Positions 50,311-63,599 of a stretch of DNA of 64,000 nt are shown one piece after another. The stretch's first letter is position 1. Each line of letters begins with the position of its first letter. The stretch covers positions 7,749,671 through 7,813,670 of the forward strand of contig JBNZDD010013721.1 in NCBI GenBank assembly GCA_050575255.1. The letters run 5' to 3'. The notes beneath the pieces were generated by a model. The model ran no database searches, was not told the origin of the DNA, and worked only from the letters and a program-made list of their open reading frames with translations. Source of the stretch: Harriotta raleighana. Taxonomy: Eukaryota. Made by a program: the position numbers and the translations under genes.

Positions 50311-52168
50311 GAATTTAGGGACGAAATTTCCAATTGTGTTTCATCACATTGACATTTTGAGCTACTTTACTGACTACAAAGTTTGTTACGTTTTTACTGT
50401 GATACATTTGGCACTCTTGTTTAAAAACACAACATTTGGGGGAAAGCAGTTTGCATGACATATTGCAAAGAGTCCTTTGCAATCAAGGACTCCTGAAATC
50501 AAGACAGTGAAAGATGCCACAAAGCCCCCTGAAAGAAATTTAGGCTTTAAACAAGGTTGCCCTCTTTTCTTCTTTGACTTTTTTCAGATATGTTCTGAGG
50601 CGAAATGGGCGTAATCCTGATAGACGCAGCAAATGGCCCCATCAAAATACAGAGGATGTGGTGAAAACAAGGTGAAATTATAATCTACGCTAATTTGGTT
50701 TTAGTCACTAATTTGGGGGCAAAGCACCTCTGATTGAATTGAGGTACTGGAGAAAGGAAATAGACGAGGGTGAAAAAGCAGCAACGTTGCAAATCCTGCC
50801 GCCATAACTCAGAAATAAACCAGCAGTGTTGTGACAATTTGAAGCTAACACAAACTAACTGAAGATGCTGAAGCGCTTGACTTGATTGGTTTTACTAAGT
50901 GTAATAGGTTTGCCCCTAGATCCACTGCCCTAGAAATTAATCAAGTGACCAATTACATAGACAGACGTTGCCTATGGGAGACAACCCAGAGCGATAGTGT
51001 TGCAATTCCTGTTTTCCTGATAAAGAAAAAATGTTAACGCAGCACAAGATAAGGGACAAAAAGAAGAGCTGAAGTCTGAAACAATTGGATTAGTATAAAT
51101 AAGTGTGTCTAATTTAACGGCATTAGCCTTAGCCTGAATTAGATAGAAATCTGCTATTGGCTGCAACTATAGTAGGAATAAATTTTTGTATATTTAGACA
51201 TTGCATTGACTATCTTCTGAACAAAAAGCCTCTGCCAACTTGTATGGATCTGAAGAAAGAGATTTCAACAAGGCGTTTTGTGGAAATAAAAGAAATCTAT
51301 TCATTCAATTCTTCGAACCTTGGTTTATTTCATAACAAATGTGAAAGCCAATCTAGTATTGCACCACTATGTTGAAAAGAAATCCTTGCTACATTTACAG
51401 TGGCAAAGGTTACTTACATGTTGACACTGCAAACAAAGCAGCTAAGGGATAAATTGTGATTGGGGAGGAGTGAAGGGAGCAGAAGTCTGACAAACATAGG
51501 TGTCTAATCGAAATCTTTAATTCCTATGGATATTATTCATGAACAGAAAATCTAGATGAGATGAGATGAGTGAGATATTCGGACCAGAAGATTGAAATTA
51601 GCGTTTTGTGTGCAAAACGCATGCAATGCAATTACTGTTAGTTGTCATTGGGTATCGAGGAAAGGAGAGAGCCTTGAAGATATGCACTCTGTAAACTACC
51701 TTGATTATTCTTTGCCTAAATTCACCCAATATTTTTTTAAAACTATTCTTGGAATATGGCTGTGTTGCTTCCTTTCGGGCAATTTTTACTCCTGGTTGTG
51801 TGCAGATTGTGGCTTGTGTGCCTTCTGAATATGTGGGTAAAATTAATATCTTTCACAGGAAATGACTGCAATACAGTTGAAGGGACTGTAATCTCACAAG
51901 TGGTGAGATTGAATCTCAGGATGATTTCCTTTTTCAAGGACAGTATTGCTAGTGCCGTTGCTGGATAAATCAACAGTAGCTAACTAACTAACTAATTAAC
52001 TAACTAGGGAAATATTTTAAGTGTCTCATGGAGAGCTCTGGAGAATACACTTAATGTCATCCATGCTCACAACTGCATCTATTGAAGATCCCAGAATGTA
52101 AGATGGTAAAACTTTCATACTGTATAGCTCTAGCTATAGAGAAAATGCGAGCTTCAAAATGACAGACC

Positions 52169-52480
52169 CAGATAGAGAGAGAGACAGAAAGACATGGACA
52201 GAAGAAGAAGAATAAGAATAATTCTTGCATTTTGTATAGCGCCTTATAGTGTACTGTTAAGTGCATTGATTATATTTTGTGGGCCAAATGTGGCAGCCAA
52301 TTGCACATACCAGTGTCCCANTCAGATAGAGAGAGAGACAGAAAGACATGGACAGAAGAAGAATAAGAATAATCCTTGCATTTTGTATAGCGCCTTATAG
52401 TGTACTGTTAAGTGCATTGACTATATTTTGTGGGCCAAATGTGGCAGCCAATTGCACATACCAGTGTCCCACAAACAGTA
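52169..52480. other. SINE tail duplicated around N at 52321 (assembly artefact)
   Basis: cagatagagagagagacagaaagacatgg...ccagtgtccca is repeated after the N. Confidence 0.9.
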
Positions 52481-52683
52481 GTTATTTCAGGTAGTACTGT
52501 AGCCATTTCGGATTTTGCATATTGTCCAATTTTCATACTTGTTGCGTATACACATTGCCCCTGTTAGTGCGGATAATAAGCTCTTTATTGTTTTGTTGAT
52601 ATCTAGCCTCTTTTGAGTTTTTTCAAAGGTCCAATAAAAAACCCTGACTTTCACACCTTTACCGGAGGAGTTTTCATGTTGAG

Positions 52684-52866
52684 GTTTTCAGCACCAGAAG
52701 CACACTTAAAAATTTTGAGAGGCTTATCTAGAAAGAATCAACACTTTCTGTTTTCACTGTCTCCCTNACCAGAAGCACACTAAGTTTTTCAGCACCAGAA
52801 GCACACTTAAAAATTTCGAGAGGCTTATCTAGAAAGAATCAACACTTTCTGTTTTCACTGTCTCCC
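52684..52866. other. Assembly artefact: duplicate around N at 52767
   Basis: ttttcagcaccagaagcacacttaaaaattt..ttttcactgtctccct is repeated. Confidence 0.88.
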
Positions 52867-53185
52867 TTGAGAGCCTGTTCCAACTTGCTAATTGTATTAG
52901 CGCTTCCCCAGATGGGTTCTGGATTTACCTTCCTTTAATCGCAGGCCACGTCCTTTGATTCTGCTGATCACTACAAGATAAAACAGTTTATCACGGTCTC
53001 CACTATCTAGTCCCTTTAGATTCTGAAAGATAGGTATCCTGGTACTTTCTATACCCGATTAACTTTGGGGAGAAACAGGAATTGAAGTTTGCAGAACATT
53101 CCTTAAAAGAAGCACTGGATAAAGTTCAGAAGAGAGCAGACTACATGGGGTGGGTTGATAGCCCAGATGGCTTTTACTTGTTGCA

Positions 53186-53408
53186 TGCTTTCATATTTTT
53201 TTTGATGAAAGATTTATGACAGATCAGTAGTAATGAACAAAAAGATGATAGCCTCCTTCAAGGATGGATTGGAATAATTCACAAGAAGATAGCACNGTGC
53301 TTTCATATATTTTTTTGATGAAAGATTTATGACAGATCAGTAGTAATGAACAAAAAGCTGATAGCCTCCTTCAAGGATGGATTGGAATAATTCACAAGAA
53401 GATAGCAC
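53186..53408. other. Assembly artefact: duplicate around N at 53296
   Basis: tgctttcata..gatgaaagatttatgacag..cacaagaagatagcac is repeated. Confidence 0.9.
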
Positions 53409-55599
53409 CAACATTCCTCCTGCAGTATATCAGCCAGAATATTAATGCACCAGCAGGGTCTTTGATGCATCTGTGCCAGAGGAATAGTGGTTTCAACATG
53501 GAGGGACTGACTCAGATGGGATTACATATCTAATGGCGATGTTGTTTTGCTGGAGGTAGATGGGACCATAGTAAGCTGGATGTTTGATGAATGCCCTGGA
53601 ACATCTGTCCAGATTTTGCTCAGGCCACTGCAATCCATATTTATTTCCCCAATTATCCATGTACAAATTTTTTTGAATATGAACTTGCTGTCAATTTGGA
53701 TTTAATCAGAATAGATGGTCTCAGAGCAAATAGAAACAATTCGGGCAGATTTACTGAGCGACACTTTAGAGCTAAAAATAATAATTTGCATTCTCAGTGG
53801 TAGTTTTATTCTTTGTGTAGTCACTACCTGACCCAAAGGAAAAGAACACTGGCTTGAGTTATTCAGCATGTCAAGTACCAGATTGATTATCAACCATATC
53901 TACAGTATTTTGCTTAGCAAACCTTATTTCAACGAAGGTAATGTAACAAAGTGTTGAAACAAGTAAAGATCCAACACTTTGCAGAAATCATTGCTGTGCC
54001 TTTACTTCGACTTAATTGAGATCCTTTTAAGTAAAAAAAACAAGTTAAGTTCAGTGATTTAAAGCCACAAAAACAGTCACTACACATTCATGGTAATACC
54101 TGCAAAGCACTTTGTAACCATTTCAATGTTACATGAGCTACACAAATACAACCAGTGCAAATACACAGACACTACACTTTGGAGTAAATCCTTTGAAGCA
54201 TTTTGAAACCATTCAACTGTTCACAATATCAAATACAAGGATTATAATTATAACTCCTTCAAGTGTATCTAAATCCTGACTTTCCATTGGTAAAATAATT
54301 TGTTACAGTAATTTAATAGAATTATTTCTGCCAGAATAAAAACACTGCGGGAACAATTATTTTGTTAAGGATCTGAGTAAAATACAATTTGTTTACTGTC
54401 TTAAGTATGGCTGGTTTTGAGAGAAGAGGGTTAAGGACTGCATCATGTGTTTTGAGCCGTATTTCAATTATCGCTTTTAAAATATTGATTTTTTTTCATT
54501 CTTTGAACTTCAATATTGTAGGGGAAAAAATTCAGAAAACATATAAAAAATTAAACCAAAAATCCAGACATCTGGAGACTTCCATTCACAATGAATGAAG
54601 AGGTCTGTAATGGCTGAAACCAAAATCTTCAGCTCGATTTAGTCATGAAACATCATTAGCTTCAAAGCCTGGGGGAAAAAATAGTTCGGAGTGTTCAAGG
54701 TTTATTTTTTCTGGAATAAGAAAAAAATATCAGATCGAAGAATGCTAAGGGAGTTTTAGATGCCAGTTTTGTGCTCTAGCTATCACCAGCTTCTCCAAGT
54801 AAGGACGGGCAAAATGCTATTAACTGCACTAGGTCATTCCTCTGACATGCAGGGGAGAAATTAACAGCTGTCATCGAATGATGAGTTAACTTCATAATGG
54901 TATAATCGCACTGACAAAACAATTAGCATTCACAGGAAATAGATAATGAAAATTCCACGCTGAGTTATGGCGATGCGTCTGGCTTCAAGAAAAAACAGGG
55001 ATAAAATGTGGGTGGGTGGATTCAGAATGGGTTGCAAAATAATTTGATTGTCATCCTGGCTGCTGTTCCCAAATTGAACAAGTAGATCAAACAGGTCGGT
55101 GCATCAAAATCCATAACGTCAATAGTGGCAAGTGCTTAAGGAAGCTTCTAACCATCCGGAACGTTTTTTTATAAAATGGAAATGTGACAGTTTACAAAAG
55201 ATGGTTTGAAGTTTTATTTTGCTTGATTTTTGTCTTAGCGTCCGCTTATTTGAAATCATCCGTCTTCAGAAATAAAGGCCGTTGACAAATTCCTGATCGA
55301 GCCAACTTGGTGTGAGGAATATAGGTAGAGGTCACGGGAAACATGCATGATAAGGAAGGACCAAGTATTGTAAGCCTACTCGGCAATTGATTACAACAAC
55401 AACAAATTATATTTGTATCACACACTTCACATCAGAAAAATGTCCCAGGGCGTTGATTAGTAAGGGTTTTTTTGAGGAAGAGGAAGGTCTTTCGACGTTA
55501 GATTGTTCTTCTAAAGAGGCTATAAGGATGAGTCAATACGGATTGAGAAGCAGTTCATCAGATTTCAGAAACCAATCAGAATTCCGTGAAGATAATAAC

Positions 55600-55860
55600 A
55601 ATAATAATTTTGCATTTGATATCAATCATCATCACGTCTTAGGTTCATCTCAAAGCCCTTCACAGGAAACGTTGTAAAGTGTAGGCACTATGTGTTTTGT
55701 GGGGAAAATGTGGCAGTCAATTGCACAAAGCAGTTTCCCGAAACAGTCGTGGATTGAGTGACAGATTATGATTATTTTGGTGGGATTGTTACCACCGGAA
55801 TGTGATCTGCCAATCGACTGACAAGCAGGTTCCTACTTACTGCTAGATAAACAGAGGCGT
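55600..55860 (-). mobile_element. tRNA-derived SINE (long subfamily), headless
   Basis: Tail ataattttgcatttgata; aaacagtcgtggattgagtgac; gatctgccaatcgactgac..cctacttactgctagataaacagaggc. Confidence 0.85.
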
Positions 55861-57767
55861 GTATGTATAATAACTGAAACAGAAGATGAGGAATATAATT
55901 TGCTTGCATTTCCAGGAGGAATTTGGTACCATTAAATATGTGATACTTTCATCAGAAATTAAACCATTGGGGGTCGAGCATGTACAATGTCTCCACCACT
56001 GCATCCACTGCCCGTGTCAGCGTCATTGGAGTAATTGCTGTTACATCAACATTATTGTCTTCTAATAGTGTAAGTGTTTCCACAGTTACAGATAAAGCAA
56101 TGGCAAAATTAATCCTCTCACAAAATATTCCCAAAGGTAACAACAATCCTTTTTTAACAAAAAAAACGCAGGTGCAGACAAATTGAAGTGGTTCCATTTT
56201 GCAATCCAGTTGTCAGACTACGCTTGTTTCTGCTAATTTTGCAGTTATGGATTAAAGCAGCCAATGTAATGATGTGTTTACCACTTCACACCAGGTCTGT
56301 TTTGTGCATTTCTTAATAGAAATTGGAATATGATTGGGGGGGAATATTGGCTCCTTTCAGAAATCAGAGATCTCAAACAAGTAACCCAGACTCCAGGGAA
56401 TTCCACATCAAAACTACATTGAGGGGGAGGATTCCTGCAAAAGCAGCAACACAGAGGTCAGTAAGACATTCTGCAAAATTGATCCCATTGATGTATTTCT
56501 TAAATCGGATAAATGTGTGTGATCAGTTTCATAGTAATCGCCAGTTAAATGATGGATTCACTCAATGAATAGCATCCTTTATATTATCCGTTTAACCTTC
56601 AAAGCCCCTGTATCTGCATTGGGGCTTAGTGGTGCCAAGAGTCCTTCAGTCATTACCCTTCCCCTTTGGGATCCAAATTTTGGATCCAAGCCAGTGTAAG
56701 GAGATGAGGGATTCCTCTCACCCCATCTGTTAAAGATCAAAGTTAAATTGACAGTCTCAGCCTCTTCTCTGCTTATTATCAGTGTACAGTGTAAATGTCC
56801 CTGAATGTAACACCTCATTTGTCAGTTTCAGTGCACTATTACAGGAATAGTGCACTGGTGATGAGACTGATTTGCCATCTAACCAAAGCAAAATCAAAGC
56901 AGAACATTTCACCTGTGCTGTAGGATACCAAACTTGTAAATGTTCTGACATATGCATCTAACCAGGTTAACTCGATCATTTGACCTGAAAGCAGAAGGCT
57001 CTGGATTTGAAGTCCGGTAGATGGACTCACTCCTCTACTCTTTTGTTTTTAATTAGAAAATAAATACAGTATTAGGTCTTTAAAATCTGTTCTCTTTATG
57101 GGAGAAGTAAGCAAGTGCTGGCTGGCATTTTCTGCCCAGCGAAAGCAGTAATCTGGAATTAGCAAAGATACTGTTTACCAGCCAACCTGGAAATGTTGAC
57201 AAGAGCCAAAATCCTCACAGATTGAGAAGTGCCTAGTTTAAATTCTTACAGTGTTGCAGAATTCTGGTTTAGTTTATGAATTTCCCTATGAAGCCAAGCA
57301 ATGCAATTTAGAATTGTACAAAAAGCACTAGTTGTATGGATAATTTGCTTCCTTAAAGATCATTTGCCAAATTAGCACAATGTAATCCATTGAGCAACCT
57401 GAGCTGATTCAGATTTATTAACTGGATAATATTAGCTGAGCAGGAAAGAATAAATAAACCATGAAAATAATTGAGAACGCATTGAAGAATCAATTACAGT
57501 AGGGCTTAGTCTGTTGTGAGAGATGGCCTAGAAATGTGAACTTTTTAAGTTCCTCCCTGCTCGAACTTGCATTCTTACTATTCTGCTATAACAAGCAATG
57601 ACATGGATCAAAACAGAAATTCTGTGCTCCATGCACAGCCCGTTTGAGACAGGAACTCCCCTTTCTGGCATTATTTAATGGATTTTCTTTTTACTGAGAG
57701 TCCCAGGAACACAAACCATATAAAATTTTCATATGATTGAATTGTCTTGTTATTCGGATGTTCACAC

Positions 57768-58065
57768 CAACAACTTGCAATTATATAGCAACCTTCATGG
57801 AGGGGAATTGAGTTGGAGTGGTTTACAAGGATGGAGTCGAATGCTAAGCAAGTGAGGAAGGGGAAGTAAGAGCTGACTATGTGTGTTTCAGGTAGTGTTT
57901 CAGGCAGGATTTAATGATTGATAGGCAGGGCGGAATGGGAGGGTAGAGGGAGGGAGTTTCAGAGATTAGAGTTGTATTTGCTGAAGGGGTTCAACCACCA
58001 ATGGTGCAGTACCTAGGCATCATCCAATGTGAAGGGTGCTATATAAATGATGGTAGTTGTTGTTG
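57768..58065. mobile_element. L2 3' ends in opposite orientations
   Basis: caacaacttgcaattatatagc (-) ... gggagggagtttcagag ... gggtgctatataaatgatggtagttgttgttg (+). Confidence 0.7.
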
Positions 58066-59069
58066 ATGATGGTGGGCAGGAAGCAGTGTTTTGCCTGTAG
58101 ACAAAACGCTTGCAGCAAAATCTCCATGGACCTTATATACATTAGCAATCAACACAAAGTGCATCTAATTTAACATTCAAAAGCCTGGATGGAAAGGGGT
58201 GGGTTTACCATTTACAAACACAAAACTTGTTTTCAGGTGGGTTTGGGGTAAACGTTACCGAAGCCGTCACTGTTTGTCTTTACCTATAGTCGTTTGGGGG
58301 TAGTTTGCACAATTTCTTCTTGAGCGTGTGCAACAAGTTGCTTAAACTTTTCTGTTTGACCTTGGGGTGGCATGAAGCAGTATCCACAGAACTTTCCTGC
58401 TAATCTGCCAACATTCTCATTTGAAAAGACACGATTCCTTTTGCTGACCTACATAGGGTAGGTTTTAAGACACTCATGAATCAAACCCACAGATCTTTCT
58501 CTTTTACATATCCCTGCTGTGTCATAATGTTGAAGGTGCTGTAAGTAAATTTAAGCAAAGAGTGAGACAGCTGTACCACTGCAATGGCAATTAGCTACTG
58601 TCTTTAAATATGGAAGCCTGTCAGAAATATTCACATTGCCACATTCCCAACTGCGCTTCACAGAAAGATGTACATGACTTTTTTTTCAAAATGCAGAAGA
58701 ATTTGAGTCCTTTGAGGAATAGTTTGCACGAGAAGGAGACACATTTTCCACCACTTATTGGTATTTTTTTGTGTGCGCGCTGAAAATTAGAAAGGCTCTT
58801 AGGGATGTCATGAATTCTTTAATAAAGGTGGTTGTGCTTTAAATAAGTGAAGATAGGCGCTTGGGACTGAGTTTACATAAAGCAATCGTGGAATATGCAA
58901 ACTGGAAGTGGGGAGAGTACAAAGAATGATTCAAGTGAGAATGATAGGAAATAGGTTTAAGGATAGAGTATGCACTTATGTTATAGGAACTGAGGTGCAA
59001 GAATACAGCAGGTAAAAATAATCAATGAACAAGTAATTGATAGAGTCCATTATTATATTGACAAAGTAA

Positions 59070-59500
59070 AGTGGCTTTTGCACTAATGCAAGGTTTATAA
59101 TACGCAAAGGGGCTCGAGAATTCTGTGTGGATTTCAAAGATGGATATAATTAGTCTTAACAGAAACCTTATTTGGAAACGTTGGAGGGTATCAATTTCAG
59201 GTATAAACTATTTAGAAGGCAGAGGAGAAATAAATCAGGGAGCAATGACATTACTTTTGAAGGCTGGACCGAACAAGAGCAAAATAGATTTCGCCATGGA
59301 TGGTGAGAGGTCCGAATTAGTTTGGGTGGAAAGTTGGATGAAACAAAAGGTGCAAAATTATTCATCAGTAATTGATATAGATTCCACAAGGCTGGAAGAG
59401 GAAATCACAATGGGATATCAGCCCGCAACAAAAAGGCGGGATATCTGTGTTCGGGAAAGAGAACAGACGTGGGAATGTTTTGTGACACTGCTGGATTGAA
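59070..59500 (+). mobile_element. CR1 LINE APE-endonuclease fragment
   Basis: tgcactaatgcaagg (CTNAR); DIISL..W..VSISGINYL..RGEINQGA.TLLLK..SELVWVE parallels CR1 EN motifs. Confidence 0.65.
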
Positions 59501-60159
59501 ATTTCACCTGGGTCACTGCTTAGAACAGCCTGACTCATCAGAAGGACCTGGATTGGAAATATCACTGTGGGCAGAGAATCTTGCCTCTCAGTTCTCATTA
59601 ACCCCAAAGCCAAAGCCTACACTGGTAGGGTGGCCCAAACTGGACAAGCAGTGGGAAAGCGTTCTACACAGTACTCTCAATGGCAAACCATGTGATTTTA
59701 CCTAGTTAGACACTAACAGTTACCCAAACACACTCTAGGGACCTCATGCCTTGCCTCTCGCCAACCCATGCCAAATATTTTGTGAAATTAGGTAAGCAAT
59801 GATGTATCCCTCCAGGAAGAGAGGGATCATTCTATTCCCATAAACATGTCTGGAATTTCCATGTGTAAGTGGGATGAACGGAACACTCAGTTTGATTTGG
59901 ATACTCTTACGCAGAATGATGGGTTTCCACATCTGCCAGACGTGTGGCTGACACAAAAAAAAAGATTTTTTATTCTATTAATGTAACATTTCAACGTCCG
60001 TGGAATTTGACAAACTACAGTATTATAGACTCATAATGAGTGTGCTTGCTGGCTGGGGGTAAGCTCTTTACCATGGAGAGTAGTGGTTTGTCCTCTTCTG
60101 GTAGTTTCAGGGAAAAGAGTTTTAATATTTAAGCAAAGAAGAATAGAAATTCAGCAGCT

Positions 60160-60600
60160 AATTTTTTTTAAATGCTCTGTAGATAAATGGGTGGTAACAG
60201 AAGACTACAACTTGGCCATTGCTGTTCTGCTGCTTTTCGTTTTTTACAAAACAAAACCCAGAAACATACGTCCAGGAATTATAGGTCTGTTCGTCTGACA
60301 TCTGTACTTGGAAAACCATTGCAATCTGATATGAAGGAAACAATTACAGTGTGTTTTAATAACAGTAAAGGGAACAATTCCAAACCAATAAAGATCTGTG
60401 AAAGGCAGGTCATGTCTAATACGTTTATTGGAACGCTTTGAGCATGTAACGGAATTGGTGGATGATGGTAATGTGCAGATGCTGCAAGCCCCCACTTTCA
60501 GAAGGCATTTGAGAAGCAACCTTATTTATGAGAGATTTGTGAAGGAAAATGAAAGCTCTTGAGATAATGAGGAAATTATATATTATGAACTGGTTAGGCA
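60160..60600 (+). mobile_element. CR1 LINE reverse transcriptase fragment (frameshifted)
   Basis: NYRSVRLTSVLGK (cf. NYRPVSLTS..GK), KGRSCLIRLLERFEHVTELVDDG (cf. KGRSCLTNLLEFFE.VT..VD.G). Confidence 0.88.
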
Positions 60601-62668
60601 CTAGTCGGTTCTTTCAACTACGGTCAGATGTAAACGCCACGATTTGGGATAGGAAATATCGACACATTAATAAATGCTCATTAAGAAAGCATTAAAAGTG
60701 GAATCTGTAGATTTGCTGTTATGTGAAAAAGCTGGCATCGCATATCACATGAAATTTTGGCTTCTCGCAGATTGGAGGCCTTAGACCTGTCCAGCGCCTT
60801 GAGCCAGCCTCCTGACGTGAAAGGTGCCATACAAATGTAATTTTGTTGATGTTGTTAGATACAAGAGGCGTTATACATTATACATCTATACACTAGATGT
60901 ATAAATTGAGAGGTGCAGTGTTATATTTGAAAGAAAAGGTTCTTACTTTCAATATGACCACCTGGTTTACATGTGTGATTGACCAGGAATGAGACAAATT
61001 CCTCTTCAATCCTTGCATCCAGCCGTGTGCAAATTGCTAACCCGAGTCTAGTTCTGGTCTCCCAATACGTTCTTCCAGACTTAATAAAGGTTTCAATGGA
61101 GCCTGATTCATAGGCTAATTTTCAGTTTTCATTTATTTGAACATTGTATTTACACAGCCTCGAGTACTAGGGAGCATCATAAATTCTTCATTAAACTGTA
61201 TTTCCATCACTGGTTGGGGCATTGTGTTTTGTTTTATAAACGTGTTAATAGATACTGACATGACATTGTTATAATGGAGAACGGTTTGGGACCTCAAACA
61301 GGCTCTCATAGCCCAGTGGACTCCCAACAAAATGTAATTGTGGTGCCTCTGCTCAGATCAATCAGATCACGGGTATGAATTCAGAATATCTTTCTTACAT
61401 CTGTGAGCCATTGGCATTCAGAAACAGCCTGTAATGAGAATTGGAAAATACAATGGAATATTCTCAGAGTCATTTTCTTTGTAGCAAATCAAAGTCAGGT
61501 ACAAGTATTCCCAAATCAAATACAAACAAGATTCTCTTTGTCGGGTAAAGTCTCCCAGTACACTCAATGTGCAATGTGCCATAAGCCCCAATCATTGCGA
61601 TTTCCCAGACCAGACGCTTTGTGAGGATCGCTGTGTCTTGGTCGGCAATTGGTAACAATTTATGGGCAGTTTTGATCTGGATGCTGGATTGAGATTGCAC
61701 AAAGAAATTCAATTCCCATCCTTCAAGACATTAACTAGAGAACATTTTCACTCTATTAGTTTGGCCTGGTTGCGAACCCTATCTAATAGTTGTATTGGCA
61801 CTGAGAAAAGACTTTCTTCAGTCATTGAAGTCAAACTTGCAGTCTCCAAAGGTAAAGGATAGGGGGTTTAAAGGTTGTCACTTCCACACAGGCCAGTGGC
61901 TGAAGCAGCGTGGTAGATGAGAATTCCATAATAAATCATTATTACTAAATGTCTGTGCTTCCTAACTACACTGTTCAGAGCCATAAAAAGCACCGTAATG
62001 CTGTAAGTTCGTCAAATATTAAACAGATCAAAGGTTGTCGGGTGGCAGTATTGCTCACTTAGCCCCATGTCCACTATGGACGAGGGAGTGCAAATGCCGT
62101 TCTCAGTCTGTAGGCATTGTGAAAAGGAGAGGAGTTAATAGTGAGCTACAGTGCTTGCTAATGATTTTTATAGTCTTCATATTTTCAGTACAGGCTTTTT
62201 ATGTCAAGTATTTTTTATGTACATCAAATAAAAAATTATCAACATTTTGAAACTGTCAATCGGTTGTTTGTTTTCTCGAGGCGTAATTAAAAAGTAATCT
62301 ACGTTTCAAACGCACCGGTTATAGCAGGGCGATGGCTCAAACACGGCTGCTCAGTTCTGTTTGCCCAATGAGTGAGAATGTTTGCGTGTGTGGCTGCGAT
62401 GGGATTTTCCCATTGTACGCACACTCACAGACAAATTCGCTACACTCTGTAAATGTGCCAGAATAGCCTCTTAATGATAACTGCCTGCAAACTCTTATTG
62501 TTTAACCCACTATTATTACAAGACCTAGACATTTTCTACAATGCCTAACTCAACGCCATGGTTGCATATCAACTTTTCCCAGCATTGTTTATGACTTTGT
62601 GGGTACTATTGCCAGAACTACCTCGAAAATCTTGTGTCTGTGCTCCAGCCCCCGATACCAAACCTCAC

Positions 62669-62842
62669 CTGCACTTTTTGCTTCCGAGTACTCTTCTGCT
62701 TCTCTCCCAGTTCATTCTTTGTTTTTCCCTGAATCTCTGCGTCTTTCTCGTTGTTACGCACTCCTGACGTGTTGCGTACCAAGGCCCTGAGTGAGTGTTG
62801 ATGGACCACTTCAGCCCACTTGTCTCTCTCCGACAAAGGATG
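62669..62842 (-). CDS. Probable coding exon (phase 0->0): HPLSERDKWAEVVHQHSLRALVRNTSGVRNNEKDAEIQGKTKNELGEKQKSTRKQKVQ
   Basis: gatttcacag| acceptor, CAG|gtgagg donor; 174 nt = 58 codons open; retained CpGs; charged, protein-like composition. Confidence 0.55.
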
Positions 62843-63524
62843 CTGTGAAATCCTCAAGTTAAATATTTTTTTTTAAAAAGAAACCCTATGTGCACAGGGA
62901 TAGCAGTGGAGTTACAGAAAACGGCTGACATTTTACTGTGATCCTGCTTCCCCTCTTGCCAGTTATGCAGCCATATCACTGGAAGGCTTATTATCCATGA
63001 CTAACTAGTTCCTGGTGTGTATTCTCAATATATTCATAACTACAGAGATAGAACTGTTATTTTATCAATCGATTCTCTGTATCCGCAAGGGCTAAAAAAA
63101 ATATCCGCACCTAATTTGGATTTTGACTTCATTTTCACCTTCAAATTAAATAATATTACCCACAATTTTTAAAAATGTAGCCAATTCCCTCCTGATGACA
63201 AAAGGTCCCAGATCAGTATTTTTTTGCATGGGAACACAGAAAAACAAAAAACAACGAAGAATGGGAAAAACAGAATTAGGTCTCAAAGCACGACAGAAAC
63301 ACATTTATAGCTATAAATTATGACCAGTGTAATCATAAATCAGTGGTTCAAATGTCTTTGCATGCTTAGAGGAAAATGTGACTTGAAAGGAGAGCAGCAA
63401 AGAGACAATCAAGCTGTTGCTCCAGTTGGACAGGGAATAAACTTGGGAGGAATCTGCTCCCATGCCAAAATATAGCTCTAGGCCTTGAACACTCAGCAGT
63501 TATTTGGTAAGATATGGACCTTAC

Positions 63525-63599
63525 TGTTCCATAATCGCAACCACTTAGCTCTGTCCATCTGCGATAAATGAATTCTGAGGCTCCTGGTTTAATTGACAC
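63525..63599 (-). CDS. Candidate 75-nt exon (phase 0->0), VSIKPGASEFIYRRWTELSGCDYGT
   Basis: gtttag| acceptor (weak), ACA|gtaagg donor; phase-compatible with 62669-62842. Confidence 0.22.
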
